Below are positions 25,039-39,681 of a stretch of DNA of 64,000 nucleotides, piece by piece; position 1 is the first letter of the stretch; each line of letters starts with the position of its first letter. Position numbers and translations under genes: made by a program. The stretch covers positions 1-64,000 of the forward strand of contig JALDZS010000004.1 in NCBI GenBank assembly GCA_022813965.1, written 5' to 3'. Under the pieces are notes generated by a model that saw nothing but the letters and a program-made list of their open reading frames with translations, was not told the origin of the DNA and ran no database searches. This DNA is from Toensbergia leucococca. Lineage: Eukaryota.

Positions 25039-27053
25039 TTGAAAGAACAACGTGCAAGCCAAAATAAAGGTCTAGTAATGAGGTAGATCGCGCCTTCAAT
25101 CATGAATATAGAACAGAGAAGACACATTTTTCTATGAAATCGTAGACTTTAATGAGCGGCGCCGTTTCCGAAATTCCTTTATTGAACATGACGCAGTCTT
25201 CAACGTCCGGATCTGGAAATGTACCTAGTATGCAAACACAACCCACCAGAAGTCCACGCTCAATGTTATATAGATCCCGAAGAAGCCTAGGAAAGTGGTT
25301 CTTTGCAAATACCAGGTTCAAAACGTCCCTGCAAAATGAAAGAATAGATACGCGACAAAGGTAAAGAAGCCTCTTGGTTTCCACAGTATTCAGAGGTCTT
25401 AGAACTGCGACGAAATTCATGGCGATTATTTAAGTCCGCATCTGGACAGAATTGTTGTACCCCATGACGATGGAAAGCGTAATCAGTTAGTCTCGCATTC
25501 ATGTACCTTATAAAGAGACGGCTTTGATCGCCTTGCTGCATTTTGAAGTATGTAATTGATCAAGAAAATGTTACAAAGAAGTAGTTGGATAAGAGAACAA
25601 TTCAGACGACTCAATCGCCGGATCAATACATTAACATTCCTCAAAGCGCCACCAGGCGGCTAAGATGATACACTAACAGGAACGAAAAACAGGTCCAGTA
25701 TCAGTTGAATGACAGATTATCGAGTAAACAGAGTTTTCTCATCACAGAGAAAGAGTGCTGTACTTTTCCAACCTCTCTATTCTCATCAGCAGAGAAGAAT
25801 AGTCAGTATCAATTAAGAGGCCCACTTCAATTATCAACGCTCAAGAGTAGGCGCGGAGAGAGAGGAGTGACGGGTAGATTCTTGATTCTTGATTCTTGGT
25901 AACTCCTCAGCACTGATAATGAGGTCCAGGGATGAGACTGCTGCGCCGCGATAATCAAGGGTGAAAGTAGTAGCAAAGCAGGCTTTTGACTATATGTTCT
26001 TCGCCAGCATGGCCAATATTTGGAGTAGAGGTCTGTTCAAGAGGTTCTGAGCCGCAGGCAGATACATGCCAGGCTCTCGAATTATCCCAGAATCTTGCGC
26101 AACTGGTTTTGGGCCGGGTTCTCGCTTCCACAATATTCTAAGGACTCCAAGGATCAGATTATGACCATTGAAAAACGGAATTTATATATCACTGGCGGCT
26201 TTCTTAGGTAATCTTACTTTAGGTAAGGTATCTAACCTCGTTGACTTATCTTCAGTTGAGAATGCACCTTCAGACACAAAAGAATGACAACGTTGCTCAT
26301 ATCCGAGCCGCTCTTCTATCTGGGATGTTGTGCACTGTTCCAATGCGAAGTCTTCTATCTGTGCCTACCGCTCTTGCAAATTAATACTAGGTGGCTGAAC
26401 AATCGCGTGGGATTGAAAAAAACAGACGCCAAAAAGAAATTGAATCACGAGTGAATTATCAGTTCAGCTTGCGGCTCTTTTCCTGTTTTATGGGCTTTGT
26501 CAATCATTCTGATTATGCAGTCTCACATTTTGCTTTGACAAGGGTGGCCCTCGTGCGGGTGCCATCGTGGATTACTCAAGCATCTGGTCTGCCATATTCC
26601 TCTGATGTGAACTTGCTTCTTTGTTTCGCGCATCCATGCAGAGTCACCTATGATTCTCACGATGCGTTCCCAAGTCAGAACCAATTCATCCCTCGATCAT
26701 AAATTAGAAGTGACACGACCGTTCCCGTTCTACCTCTTCATTTCAGTTGGCATTAGCGAAAACGTCTCAATAGGCTGTTGGAATAATATGACACTGGCAT
26801 TGCATGAATATGATCCCCGTACGCGTGGCACTTCAGAAAAGTGACTCAAAATGTATAAAATTGCAGCTCACTGCCTTTATTTAGGTGTTCTAGAAAGAGG
26901 AATCAATACACTCATAGGGTTTTTGCATTAGTATTATGAACGGAAGCCATTTAGAAATGTAAACAGTGGTATCAATTTCGCAAGCCATAATCTTAAATTG
27001 TCGACTATCCCACGGCCGGTGTCTCTTTGCAGCTCGGGTACCGCCGATGGAGA

Positions 27054-30000
27054 TCATGAAGGCATCACTCCCCGACTGGAGTCTCTCCGGTTCAAAAAGC
27101 TTTTCCGGACCCCGCTTCGTGGACTCAACTTTGTGCTGTTCGTCTCGGCGCTTGTAAAGCTCGTTTTGATAATCACCTCGCCAGCGCCAACTTTTACAGC
27201 TTTTTCGCTTCCAGTAGAAGAGTCATCAATGAAAAACGGTGCCTCGCCAAGTTCATCGCCCCCAAACATGGTATGGTCTTTCACCTGAACTTGAAATTGA
27301 GAGTCGGCCTGGCAATTTACTCGAAACGATTCCTGCTCCCATTGCACTTGACCTGAAGGTGACTTGATCGGCTTGGTCTTGTGCACGTCTTTGGCTCCTT
27401 TGGAGCTTACCTGCTTGACGTGTACTTGTACCTTGGCAGTAGGTGAAAATCCGTTTGCCGATAAAATTGTAAAGATAGCTGTACCTGCTTCAGGCTTATT
27501 TGGCACTCCGTCTGCAGGACCAGTTGTAGACGCGGCGCCGAAGCTCTGGGATCTGGCGTGTGGTGGAGTTTGAGGAAGGGAGGGACTGCCATCAACAAGC
27601 GCGCCTGCACGTTGAGGGGTCCCCATTGAGTCATTATATGAGACTGGCTCATCGCCTGGAGGCTCGACGAAACCATTACTGACGTCACGGCCTTCCTTCT
27701 TGCCTTTGAAGCCATGGCGAAGGAACGTAGCACCTTTCACCACTCCACCACCAAGCGCCCCCCCAACCATACCAACACCCTTGACTGGTGCCCCAACGAT
27801 CTTTCCTGGTGTGGCAAAGGTTCCGGAGAATGTTGATGAACCTTGGCGAGATCTTGTAACGTAATCTGGCTTAAAGAGTAATTTCAGTCGGATCACACCA
27901 GACTTACCGTCCAAGTTGAGGCTTATTTCTTGGGGCTTGAAGGGATCTAAAAGTTCCAGATTAATAACAGCTTCCCCTAGATAGTCAGCCTTGTCGCCAA
28001 GATCCCAGTCCATGACTTTGACCTTGAAATCAGCTGCTGTTCGCGAAGCTACCGGACATTCAAAAAATTCGTTCCAAGATGGGTGGAGAGTCTTCTTTTG
28101 AACCTTGGTCTTGTATAATTCTTTCCCATTCAATTGGAATTTACAAAAGGGATCACTGTAGCCGTTACGATCAGCAGATGGCAGATCTGCAGCATCGAGA
28201 ACATCGACACGAAGAGTGCCCATATTGTTGATGCTTTCGCTGGGATCCAGTTGCATCTTGACAGGCAGATACTTCATGCTAACGGTAACTTTACTCGCAT
28301 TACCGTCGGTGCCTTTCAGCACGAGTTCATGTGGTTTATACTAAAGATAGGTTGTCAGTGATTGTATGATGCTTATTAGCACAGGTAAACTTACTAAACA
28401 TCTTTGAAGAGTATCCAAAGTGTAACCTTGTAATTTCGCTATGATGTCATCTGACTCCTGGTCTCCTTTCTTGTCTTGCTTCCGATTTAGGCGCATAGTA
28501 ATCTTTGATACGTCCAGTTCCCTGACGAAAGCGTCGCCAACTTTTTTCAAGCTGATCAGTACTTGCTAAGAAATGGATTCGCCATGCTGAGTCACACTTA
28601 CTTTCACCGTAATGCGCTTGCCTTGAGGTCGCTTTGGAGGAAACAAAGGAAGGGAACGCCATGTCATCCATCACTACATCTACCCACACATTTGAGTGTG
28701 CCAGATTCCCTGCTATAAGCTTGAAGACGACAAGTCCAGATTCTTAAGAAACTCCAGATTAGCGAAGAGACATTTAAGCTGATCATCATAGGAAGAGCTA
28801 CCATATTTCACAAGTTCTTCTGGTGTCAACCGTAGCTTTGGTAATGGTTTCGCCTGTCCAAGGGTCTCACCTTGCTCCTTCTCGCCTTGTAAGAGCTGTT
28901 TGGCAAGAGTGGTATCGATTTTCCCAGCGCTGCTTTCTTTCTCGTTCGCTGCAGTCACTGGATCTTGGCCATTAGTAATGATTTTTCCGCTTTGCGGAGT
29001 CCTAGTCGCGTTCTCCTCCTCGGCAGCCTTCTCCGCTTCCTCTTCTTCGGGGTCGACGACGTTCAGAGTTGGATAAAACGCAACCGTAAAGTTGAGTTTA
29101 CCCTTTGGCGTTCCTTTGCCATTCATTCTTAAAGATTCGGACAGTTGTTGTTTTTGATCATGAACTTCGTACTCGCCACTATCGGCTTGATAGATGTAAT
29201 CGGCCGCAGAGACATCAATGAGGCCCAGAGAACGGTCTTTCCCCAACTTTTCTTGATCCATTACTTCAATAGTGAGCTTTTCACGAGAGGAGTGCATAGG
29301 CACGTATATGACCTCGTCCCAGTCGGGATTAAGGTTATTTTGGAAGGTGACAGTTTTCCCTTTTTCGATTCCAGACAGTAGAACCCTAACATAAGGATCT
29401 GACTTGCCCATGGTCTCCAGATTACGGAGGTCACGGGCGCTTTGGAAATGTAGTCGCATAACACCTATGGGAGTGATGTAGCCGCCGGACCCACCAATCG
29501 CGCCCTTCAGAGCAACCGGTTTCCATTGTAGTGTCAATTGAGCGCGACCAGTCTGTGCTCCGGCAAGATTATACCATTCTTGCCCTTTGTCCATCAACTG
29601 TATCATGTCGTCCAGCTTGATTTGATATGTGCCTAGAATCGGATCCGCAGTAATTCCTCGATCATCTTTAATGACCAAACCTAACCTGGCAGTCTTGCGA
29701 TCCGTCACGAGAAATTCTTTCGATCCATTGTCGAAGATCGGATTGTTCGTTCTCTTCAGTTTACGGGTCACGTGTATCTCCTTTCCGTTGAGTAGGAGAA
29801 CTCCATATGGGTTTAATTGGCCGATCAAGCTTTTAGTGCCATCCAATTCCTTGGCTTGTTCCACAGTAAATCTTGCAATCCCGGTGTTGGATTCGGGAGC
29901 CGCCTCCATTGACCCATCCTCGAGCTTCCTTCCTTCCAAGACTGGAAAAAAGCGGACATCAGCCTGAATGATACCACGCGCCTTACCGTTCGCCATGACC

Positions 30001-31848
30001 TCTAGCTGCAAGTCTTCGTGCTCAGGTGCTCGCTCTAATTGGTCCAATGCAAACGTTGCAGTCCCGAGTTCCTTATCCTTCCGATACTCGTTCCAATCGT
30101 ATACTGGGAGCGTTAAGGCATCTGCGTAAGACGTGATAATCACGTATATCGTGTCATTCCAGCGAGGAGAGGCGTTTTGCTTAACAATCTTAGTTTTACC
30201 GAGTGGATCTCTGCTATTCAGTGATACAACAGCATAAGGATCTGGTGTGCCAGAAAGTTTGTCGGGATTCTTAAGACCTTGTGCTCCATGAATTGTCACT
30301 GCTAACACCCCGATAGCTTGGTCGACCGGATTTCCTGCAAGCATCTTTGCGATCTCGATAGGGAAGACATTCGGATCATACATGATAGGCTGCAGATTGC
30401 CATGAATTTGTTCGGTGATGAAAGTTTCAAGTCCTGGGATGAAGTTGATGTCGAATCCTAACGTATCTCCCCCGAGGGGTTTGCAGACATAGTCTATGTC
30501 TGGCTTTCCTAGGAAACATATCTCCACTTTTTCAATGTGTGGAAAGGGAATCTGAAGTTTCACTTTCACTCTCATCAAACCAGAAAAGGCGAAGTCCTCA
30601 ACGATCACGTCAAGACCCTTGCTGATCACACCCTTGCCTATTCTTATCTCTAATGCGACCTTGGGAGTGATTTTGTTTTTGAGTTGCCGAGCAGTAAGAT
30701 CCATAACATCATTGGGAGTGAAACTGAATCTCCAATCCATCAGTACTGTATCATCTTCGGCCTTTGGATACGTCTTGACATAATCTAGCCTTGGAGGCTT
30801 GGAGCCAAGGATGAAGGTTTTCAGTCGTAAACTATCAAGAAATGCCGGCGTTGATGTGCTCAGGACTTGGTCCACGGAGTTGATAATCGTAGTGCAGAGT
30901 ACAGGAGCATATATTGGCCAGAACTTGACAAGAAAACTGTTGATCCATTCAAGACTCTCGGTATCAGTCTCTAATCGAGCCTTCGCCATCTCTCGGTTGA
31001 CGTCGTCACGAAAGTTACGGCGCACTCGGCGGATCGACGTTCGATAGTATGTTCCACAGATAGCCATGACGATGAACACCCAAGCAAGACCACCGCCAAG
31101 AAGTGCCACGACCCAAGAAGCTAGACAAGCAAAAACGATGACCCCAGCATTGTGATACCAATCTGCTCAGGAATTAGCTAATTCTGTCTGTCCCTACTAG
31201 AAACATTCAAAATACCGCCGAAAAATTTGTCGTCCAGTTTGCCCTCAAGGAATGTTTGGTGATCTAGGAGGTTCTCGCCCGCTTCTGTCTCAGTTATGCT
31301 TCCTTGGCCGAACCTTGGAGCCCAGCCAACCCGCTCCACCCATTGGGCATTCTCATCCTGCGGGAGGTGTCCATTGGCTTTGGCAGGCGTACCGTCTGCG
31401 TTTGGGGGAGGAGCAGCAAGAGCCCCCTCTTTGGTCGGTGATGGGAGATCATATTGATCGGGCGTCCCATCGTCCTAGAAAACGTTGATGAGCAGATGCT
31501 TGCATGGTAGAAGTAGGAGCACTAACAATGTCTGTAGCAATGCCCACAGCCGTAGCCTTCTTCTCGTGGTGGAAGCCAGGAGGAAGATTCTGTGGATTCC
31601 AAAATTTAGCGTGAATCTGTACAACGGTAAGAAAGTCGGAAGGAACCTACGGCTCGGGCTTGGGCAGCTTTTTCTTCAGGTGAGGCGTTGGGATCGAATT
31701 GAAAAGCTGCACCACCAGCCTTCTTTGTCTCATCAATCATGGTCTGTTCTGCATCTTCAGAAGTCACATTGCTATCAGGATCGCGCGCAGCATCGGCGGC
31801 GCCCTGGGATTTAAGCTCGCCCACACGTGAAGAAAGCTGCGACATCAT
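27054..31848 (-). CDS. TCB: Tricalbin (SMP + multiple C2 domain ER-PM tether)
   Basis: Transmembrane hairpin, SMP domain ESLEWINSFLVKFWPIYAP...LGSKPPR, and several C2 domains (GKSDPYVRV, LPSADRNGYSDPFCKF). Multi-exon. Confidence 0.95.
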
Positions 31849-32782
31849 AGTGACAACGAGAATGTGGATCTTTGACGGGAAGAATTAGGAAATAAAATCA
31901 GAAGCTTCTGTCCAATAGAGCTCACTCAATTCATCGTAGAAGGTGATTCACAATTGATTCACGGAATACTTAAGTACCTAGGTAGGTAGGTAGGCATAGA
32001 TAATGGCGTTGTACGGGTAGCACAAAGCGGGAGCTGGGGAGCTGGGTGAAAGGACGTTAGAACAGGTAGGTATTAGGTGATTCTAGCGACAGATCAGCCC
32101 GCGGCTAAGGGACTTATGCAGACAGGCAAGTCTAGACTCCAGATTGATCGAAGAAATCCGGTTCACACTGATCAATATTGCGTGAGACAATATCATTAGT
32201 AGATTTGTTTGGTCCAGTAATGTTAAGGTGTACAGCTAAGCTTTACGCCTCTTTCATACTTCTGGGACCATTCAACATCAGCCGTCACGGAGAGGAGAAT
32301 CTTGGACGCTGACGGATAGGCGCATCGAGAGCAAAGAGCCAATCATTGCGCACACGAAACAGCATTAATGCACGCCGACCTCCTAATTATTCGATCTTAT
32401 CTGTACATTACCTCATTACTTACCTACTTCTCAGTCTAGGACAACATAGGTAGGTATACAGTAGGTACCTATGCTGGGCGTTTGCGCATAACTTCTCGAG
32501 GTTTTTCCCATGAACGGCCCTGCTGGCTAAAGTACTATTCCCCTGCTGTATCAAAAGCCCCATCATATGAGCACTTAGTGAACACAAATTCTCTCCCTGT
32601 TCTTTCGTTACTGGAGATCACTTTCTCGCTAGTCATGTCCCAATCGCCAAAGACCATGATACAAGAAGATGGGATTTTCGCAAATGCCAGAAGCTCGCTA
32701 AGTACGAGAACACCGATTATGATATGCCAGTGGCTCCCGCCCCCTTCGACCTTAATTTCCTTCTTCAACTCTCATCCCTCCC

Positions 32783-34763
32783 TTAGCGTGTTCTTATGAC
32801 CCCAGCAGCCACCAATTTCTGTATCTTGCTCCTAATTCCTGGATTCTTCATGTGATCCTGCAATGCAGCTGGGTCACCTTTGGCCTGCTGCAGAATGCTT
32901 TGCATGATCGGATCTTGCAATATAGCCATAATCTGCAAGTCCAATTGTCAGTCAGATAGATAACTCGAACGGGAATAACTTTCAAGATTCTTACGTCGGG
33001 GTCCCTCTGTATTCTCTCCATTGTCTGCTCTTCCGTCTCACCATCCCGCCCTGCAAATTGCGCCTGCAGCGCTTTCTGCTGTTGCTGTTCAATTTCCCTA
33101 TGGTTTGCCCCTCCCTCATCATGTTCCATGGCCTCGGTGCATACATCTAAACATCTGTTATATTCCTTCATTGCAAAATACGCCTGAGCCTTCCTTAGAT
33201 AAGCTCTTATGAACTTCGGGTCTCGCTTAATGGCCTCATCACAATCTGTCACGGCACTAGGAAAAGTCATTAATTTGATCAAGGCAGCAGCACGATTGGA
33301 ATAGCCACGGGGATCGTCGGGCGACCGTTTCGTCATCTCGCTGTAAGCTTCAACGGCGCCAGGCCAGTCCGCTTCCTTGAATTTTTGATTACCAAGTTCA
33401 CGGGCCTTTTCAGCTTCTTCGGGGTTTATGTAGCTCTCTTTCTGTGCCTTTATTTGAGCTTTTTCGGCGGCACGCAGCTTGTTGAGGATGTCTGGGGTGC
33501 GATGCTCGGTCAGGGACTTCTGGTAGTTCGTAATCGCTTGAGGAAGATCCCCAAGCTTTTCGTAGGAGGTACCAATACGACCGAATGCCCTAGAATATAT
33601 TATCAATGACGTGAAGCGATTGTCTTGGTGAATTGCGCTTACTTTGCAATGATCTTGAAGTCTGCCAGTACTTCCCGACCTTCCTCGATAGCCTTTTTGC
33701 ACGATTCAATGGCTCCTTCATAATCTCCTTTCTCAAACTTTGCAGCGCTCATGTTGGTTAAGTAAGTGATATCCTTGTGCAAATCCCATGCTTTCCCGTA
33801 ATGCTCGATAGCATCATCAAACTGGCGTTTCTTGTAATTCTCAGTGCCAAGTTTCTTCTCAGCCTCAGCCTCTTCTTTGGCTTTCATAGCTGCCGCAGCC
33901 TCCTCATCCTCTGGCTCCGGCTCTGGTTCTGGCTCAGGGGCTGGAGCGGGCTGTGAAGGCTTTGCCGACGAAGGTCTGGCATCCGGCATGGGTGTGTCCT
34001 CTTCCTCGTCTTTCGACCCACCAAAGGCAGCCGCACTACTACCTCCTCCGTCAGGTGCACCAAATGACATATCAATACCCATGAGTACGCCCATGACCTG
34101 TAGAAATCTGGGATCCCTCATCTCCTCTCCAATATTGTTAGGATTTTGCCTCAATTTTTGCAATTTGGCCATGAATGACGGATCAGCAAGCAATGAGCTT
34201 GTTTTTGGATTACTCGCAAGTTTTTGAATCATTTGGGGATCGTTGAAGAGGTTCCCAAGTCCACCACTTGGGTCACCTCCAATGCCGTCCGCTTTTGCTT
34301 CGGCATCTATGGCACGTTTGACAGCCGAAAGACCAGACTTGGCTTGTGCATTGGCAGGATCAAGCTTCAGGGCTTCTTCGAATGCGTCATTGGCGCTGAC
34401 TAAGTATGCTATGAGTAAAGTTCAAAAACAAGGGATAAGGCGGCACCATACGCAAATCGCCGGTCCCATGCAGCGCAGATCCTTTACGTCCCCAACCTTT
34501 GGCCCAGTCAGGCTTGATTTCTATAGTTTTTTCGGCGTCCTCAAGTGCTTTATCAAAATCCTTAAGCGAAGCATAGGCACCTGACCGATTGGAATACAAA
34601 ACATGATTGTTAGGTTCCAGCTCGATGGCTTGGGAAAACTTTTCTCTATGAAATGTAAGTCATCTTGGTATCAAATTCTCACGTAGAAGATCGCTTACAT
34701 TGCTTCATCAAACTTCTTAGCAGCAAAGGCTTTGTTGCCCTCAGCTTTGAGAGCGTCTGCCAT
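32783..34763 (-). CDS. STI1: Hsp70/Hsp90 co-chaperone Sti1/Hop
   Basis: [16 protein letters not shown] repeats ([32 protein letters not shown]), DP domains, and C-terminus [14 protein letters not shown]. Confidence 0.96.
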
Positions 34764-35534
34764 AATGATTGGGTGCTTTGCCTTGGGTTGTAAAAAATCT
34801 AAGGCTTGAAGGTGACGTTTGTAAGAAAATGTGAAGATGTGACGGGCCTCCAGTGAACTTTAAGGACCAAAAAGTTAGGTGTCTGTGCCTGTAGAACTTC
34901 ATAGAATCCACGCGGGTGTGCGAGCTTTACGAGGTTCTGCTAACGTCGGGCCGGCTAAACGTTTCACCAATTGGTCACCCTTGAAAAATGACCATCCGAG
35001 CCATCGATGCTCACCTCACTATCACCTTATTGGTGCCCGAATTCCGTACTCGAGACTAACGATTCCGAGCTAAACACGACAGTACCGTACTTTGTTCAGA
35101 CGTGTCGTCAAGGGCACTATCGAGGTAGAAATAATTCCATCGCCTTCACTCTCTTCCCAGCCAAGACCTCGGGGCAGAGGAGTACAGACTTAGATCTACA
35201 TGTCCGTCATGAAATAAAATTATTCCCGATTGAGCTGGCTTTACTAGAATACAAATAGAGTCAGACTTGAGGTTATCATTCAGCTATACCAGAAATATCC
35301 TTAAAAATCTCCTCTTTTTACCGTCACTAAAAAGGCATACGATATTTGTTCGCATCCTGGTGGTAAGGTCCTACCTGATATGACGGTCAGTATCTTACGT
35401 GACTCTTTCATGATGACTCGCCGTGTCGATTTGAAAGAGCATTTCGGTAAAGTCTAAGGTAAAATGAAAAACATCCTAGCAGATCTGACAAGACTCTAAA
35501 AATGCAGCAAGTCGCTAGTATTATACTAGGTACA

Positions 35535-36656
35535 ATGTCGAACGCCAATGCTTCGGCTGCGAACGATCCCAGCCCCCTCTCCAGTCCTAAGGAGCTCAAA
35601 AATGCTCTGTATGCTCGCTGCGCCAATCTCCCAGGAGACAGAGTCTTCAAGCAAGAGGACCTCCTGTCCTTGGAAGTCATTCCCGACGGAGATCTCAACC
35701 AATTACTTTCATGTACACGACAACTTACCAAGGAGGGTCTCTTCAAGCTCATGACCAAAGATGGCTCTCCTTGCTGGAAGGTCGTCAAAAAGGCAGATGC
35801 AGCAAAGTGCGTGGCAGTGTCTAGATGAGATACTGAAGACGTCGAGCTGACGAGCAATTTTGTTACCAGATATAAATCACTCAGCGCAGAAGAAGCCCTA
35901 GTCTACTCTTACGTAGAGTCTTCTGCGCGGGAAGGCATGTGGACACGGACCATTCGACTTCGTACTAATCTCCACCAAACGGTAATGAATCGTTGCCTCA
36001 AAAGTCTTGAAACGAAGAACTATATCAAGCCTATCAAGACTGTCAGATTCCCGGGCCGGAAGACTTATATGCTAGCACACCTGCAACCGTCCGAGGACGT
36101 GACTGGAGGACCTTTCTATACAGACGGAGTCTTAGACGATGAATTTGTACATCAGATGGCTAATTGGCTGGAGAAGTATATCATTGGAAGAAGCTGGTGG
36201 CACCCACCACCCAAAGATCCTAGCAGAAAAAAGGAGAAGATGAAGATGACAGTAGAGCAAGCGGAAGATCTAAGAGCACAAGAGCTTCAGGGGAGAGAAG
36301 TGGGTAGAGAAAGAAGCAGAAGCATGCTACCAATGCCGCCGGGTTATATGGGCTATCCGACAATCCCTGAAATGACCAAAGCCATCAATGCCTCCGGTCT
36401 GTCGGGAGTAGTCATGAAAGAAGCAGAAATGCGTCAGCTCCTTGATGTGCTTTGCTGGGACGGCCGAGTGGAAAAGATTCTGTATGGCAGGGGGTACAAA
36501 GCGGTGCGTCAAGTGGGAGGAGATGATGGTGATGGTTTCGAGAACGGTCTGACAGAGGCACCATGTGGAAGATGTCCAGTTTTTGATCTTTGCGAAGAAG
36601 GAGGTCCTGTAAATGCGAGGACTTGCGAATACTTCCAAAAATGGCTTGAGATCTAA
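35535..36656 (+). CDS. RPC34: RNA polymerase III subunit C34 (RPC6)
   Basis: EGMWTRTIRLRTNLHQ, YML...PSEDVTGGPFYTDG.LD.EF, and C-terminal Fe-S Cys motif PCGRCPVFDLC...C.YF..WL. One intron at ~35808-35869. Confidence 0.95.
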
Positions 36657-37814
36657 TAAGATGGTTTTACAAAGGCTTCGCTGCTCGTCTCAAACATGCC
36701 TCTGTTCACGTTAAATGCTCTGCTCTGGTGTAGACCTGCTTCTCTCTTTGCCTGGCTAGATGAGAGCAGAATGCGTGAACCGAAGGATTGGTGCGTACTG
36801 GGAAGCAAACGTGATTAGATGGATTACAACCAGGATTTAAGGCCAGTCTTCCTATCCCTCTATCTTACTCAAGTGGTACTCCTGTGCCACTGCCACCTAC
36901 AGGGTTCGCTTCAAAAGTGGTTGTGGCATGCATGACAGAATCCGATTCCAGTAACCTAAAGGAACCCGTGGGTACGAACAAGAAATTTCATGATGAGGAA
37001 GACTAACGGATTGCTGATTTGCTTGCAATATCACTGGCTCAGCATGTTTGCACTTCGCTACGTCTTCTCACCACTAAGCCAATAATTGACCGCAAAGCTG
37101 CCTACCTTACCAATGCTCTTTAAGACGGTTCTACTACGAAATCAAAGCGAGACTGTACTTGGCTTACTTTTTATCTACGTACAAAGCTGTGCACAATAAG
37201 TGAGACAAGGAATTCGAAGATGCTTGCAGCAACTTGCAAAAGCTTTCCCACTACAGATGAAAAGACTGTCTATACCTGCAACTCAAAGGTGTCTTTATTA
37301 GCAGCGAGAAGGATTTCAAGTATCGTTTCGAAAGGCCTTCAAGTTGACGTTTCTTCGAAAGTAGCCACCAGACCTGAGCTCAAGGTATTGATAGATGATG
37401 ATAGGAGCTGGATAAAGATTGAATGAAACGCAGAGCTTGAACGAGGAGATTGAGCGGGACGGTGACAAATCCCGAGGAGGGAGAGAAAAGTGTGAGGCAG
37501 AATTGGAAAGCGAGACTTATTCTACCTGTTCAGGCGCAAGGCTTCAAACGCTGGACTCATGCCAGACAGTATTGGGAGTCCACCCATGACACTGACAACA
37601 ACTTCAATTGTTGTACAAACCGTTCTTGACGTAGAATATAACAGAGTGCAACAATGTCATTTCGAAATCATGGTCTTGTGTGACACAGTAGTGGCAATCT
37701 GGCTTCTCCTACATCCTTGCCAGTTGTCTTCACCGACTTTTTCCACACAATGATGTGACAGCCATCAAAACAAGCCTGGGCTTCTGCCTGCTTGGCTGCA
37801 AACTTCTCTCTACC

Positions 37815-39220
37815 ATGAATGGCAATGCAACTGTTTCTCCTGCAGAGTTCTGGGGGCAACTCATAACACCTGACCGGACTCCGGCTCCTTTACTCGAGCA
37901 GCTTCTACTTGGTATAGGAAACTACATAGTATGCCCTCATCCAAGCTGTCTTGTCTTCTCGTATGCACTAGACGCTCGCTTCTAACCACCCTACCGTAGA
38001 ATAAACACGTTGCCCCGTGGGATATCCAATGTCTCACCCCTACAAAGCTCGCAGCCTTCTACCGTTTAGTTGGCGGGGATCATGACAGCCTCTTCCTTGA
38101 CACTCCCAGTCCGTCCCTCTCATTCATCTACCAATCCCTAGGATGTTTTCATACCCTACAACCCGACAAAGACGCCTACGCACCTCCTACCATTCCAGCG
38201 TTGACTCCGCATGGTTTCGTGAGATGGCAGACAGTCCAGCTACTGCTCGGTCCAGAAGAACACGTTCCGTTTTTGCAAGAAGCTGTGAAGAGATTTGAAA
38301 TCACAAACCCAGGAGATGGAGGCCTTTTTCCAACAATCCTCCCCAGAGAGGCCCTGCCTAGCAAACCAGACTTGGAGATGACCGAATGGCATGAAGATGT
38401 TGCTGAGAGACTTATGCTGGAAGCCGAGACTCCTCAAGCACGGGGAATAAGCAGCTCGAGCACTAAGCCCCTCGATGAAAGCGATAACAGCTCTGTAGCG
38501 CCTTCACTCGACGAACAGTCCATAGTCGACGCTGCCGATTACTTCTCCTCGCAGCGCTTACGACCATCATTCAGACCGCCAAACATCATCCCAGCATCCC
38601 CTCCAACTCATCTACAGCAGCAATGGCCCTCTCGAGATCACTCACCTTATCATGAGCAGCGTCGCGGCAGCTACCCAGGCCACCAAATTGCAACCGCACC
38701 CCAATTCCGCGACGGACCCACACCCACAGGCCCATCAAGACTCAGCCCCCGCCACCGATCTCGTCCCCAAACCCAAAGCAGCTACTCCGAATCTTCCGGC
38801 TCCGAAGCCGACGACGACTCCAGCCTCGCCACGACCGACGATTCCCCACCCCGACCCAGCCGCCAATCCCGCGACCTCTACGCCCCCTCTTCCCCGGGAG
38901 AAAGGCGTCATTCCGCCCACCTTCCCTACAATCCCAGCGATTACAGCCAACCCGCACAACTACGTTACGTGCAGCCGTTCCAAGTCCAGTATCTGCCTCC
39001 GCAGCGACCGCAGTCGTCTGGCCCTCCACGCGCCAATACAAGAGGTCTTAATGTCAAATGGCGTGACGTGAATAGCATGTGGGACGCGCGAGGTCCGCCG
39101 TCGGGGGTGAGGCTGGTGGAGGCTAGTAAAGGGGCGGGGCATGGGAGGGAAAGGGAGAGGAGTCCGTTGAGGGGCGTTGGGGGAAGGAAATATACCACTG
39201 AAGGGTTGGGGTGGAGGTGA
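37815..39220 (+). CDS. Conserved fungal hypothetical protein (DUF7514-like N-terminus, disordered S/P/R tail)
   Basis: FWGQLI...LEQLLLGIGNYI|...LTPTKLAAFYRLVGG...IYQSLGCFHTLQP...PALTPHGFVRWQTVQLLLGPEEHVPFLQ. Intron ~37929-37999. Confidence 0.8.
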
Positions 39221-39681
39221 GGGGTTTCTTGCGCATATATTCCTATTTGAGTTCTTGGTGGATATTAGGATTTTGATCTTTTGTATCGAGATTTTCTTTT
39301 TGCCTTTAAGATTGGACTAAATAACAGGGGTTTTGTCTTATGGGTCTGGGGATTTTTTTAGAACAAGTACCCCTTGTTGGTCTGTTTGGTCAGATTGTTA
39401 CATTTTGCTTTGCACATTTCGCCATGCGTGCCTTACTTGCCAACCCATCGTCGGGTCATTTCAGGTTTTCATGGTGTCTCTGTTCATCACATTGAATCTT
39501 CTTCTATTTACTCGAGGAACCCTGTAGGACTTGCCGCCAATGGTACCTTGCAAATGCCTTCTGGGTCTCTCTCTGTCCCGTCAAATGTCAAAACTCCATC
39601 CAAGAAACCCAAGCCCCTAGCCGTCCTCAAAAATTCAGGATGTACCATGAACACCAAACGCCCAAATCCCACCCAGCCAGC

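Noticed and set aside
25100..25541. Overlapping short minus-strand ORFs
   Set aside because: I could not join them by credible introns or recognise any homology.
13200..26900. Starship giant transposon
   Set aside because: No DUF3435 tyrosine-recombinase captain or boundary repeats could be identified.
34890..34910. Heat-shock element upstream of STI1
   Set aside because: AGAACTTCATAGAAT has two GAA units 10 bp apart, but the middle TTC is out of register; too weak to call.
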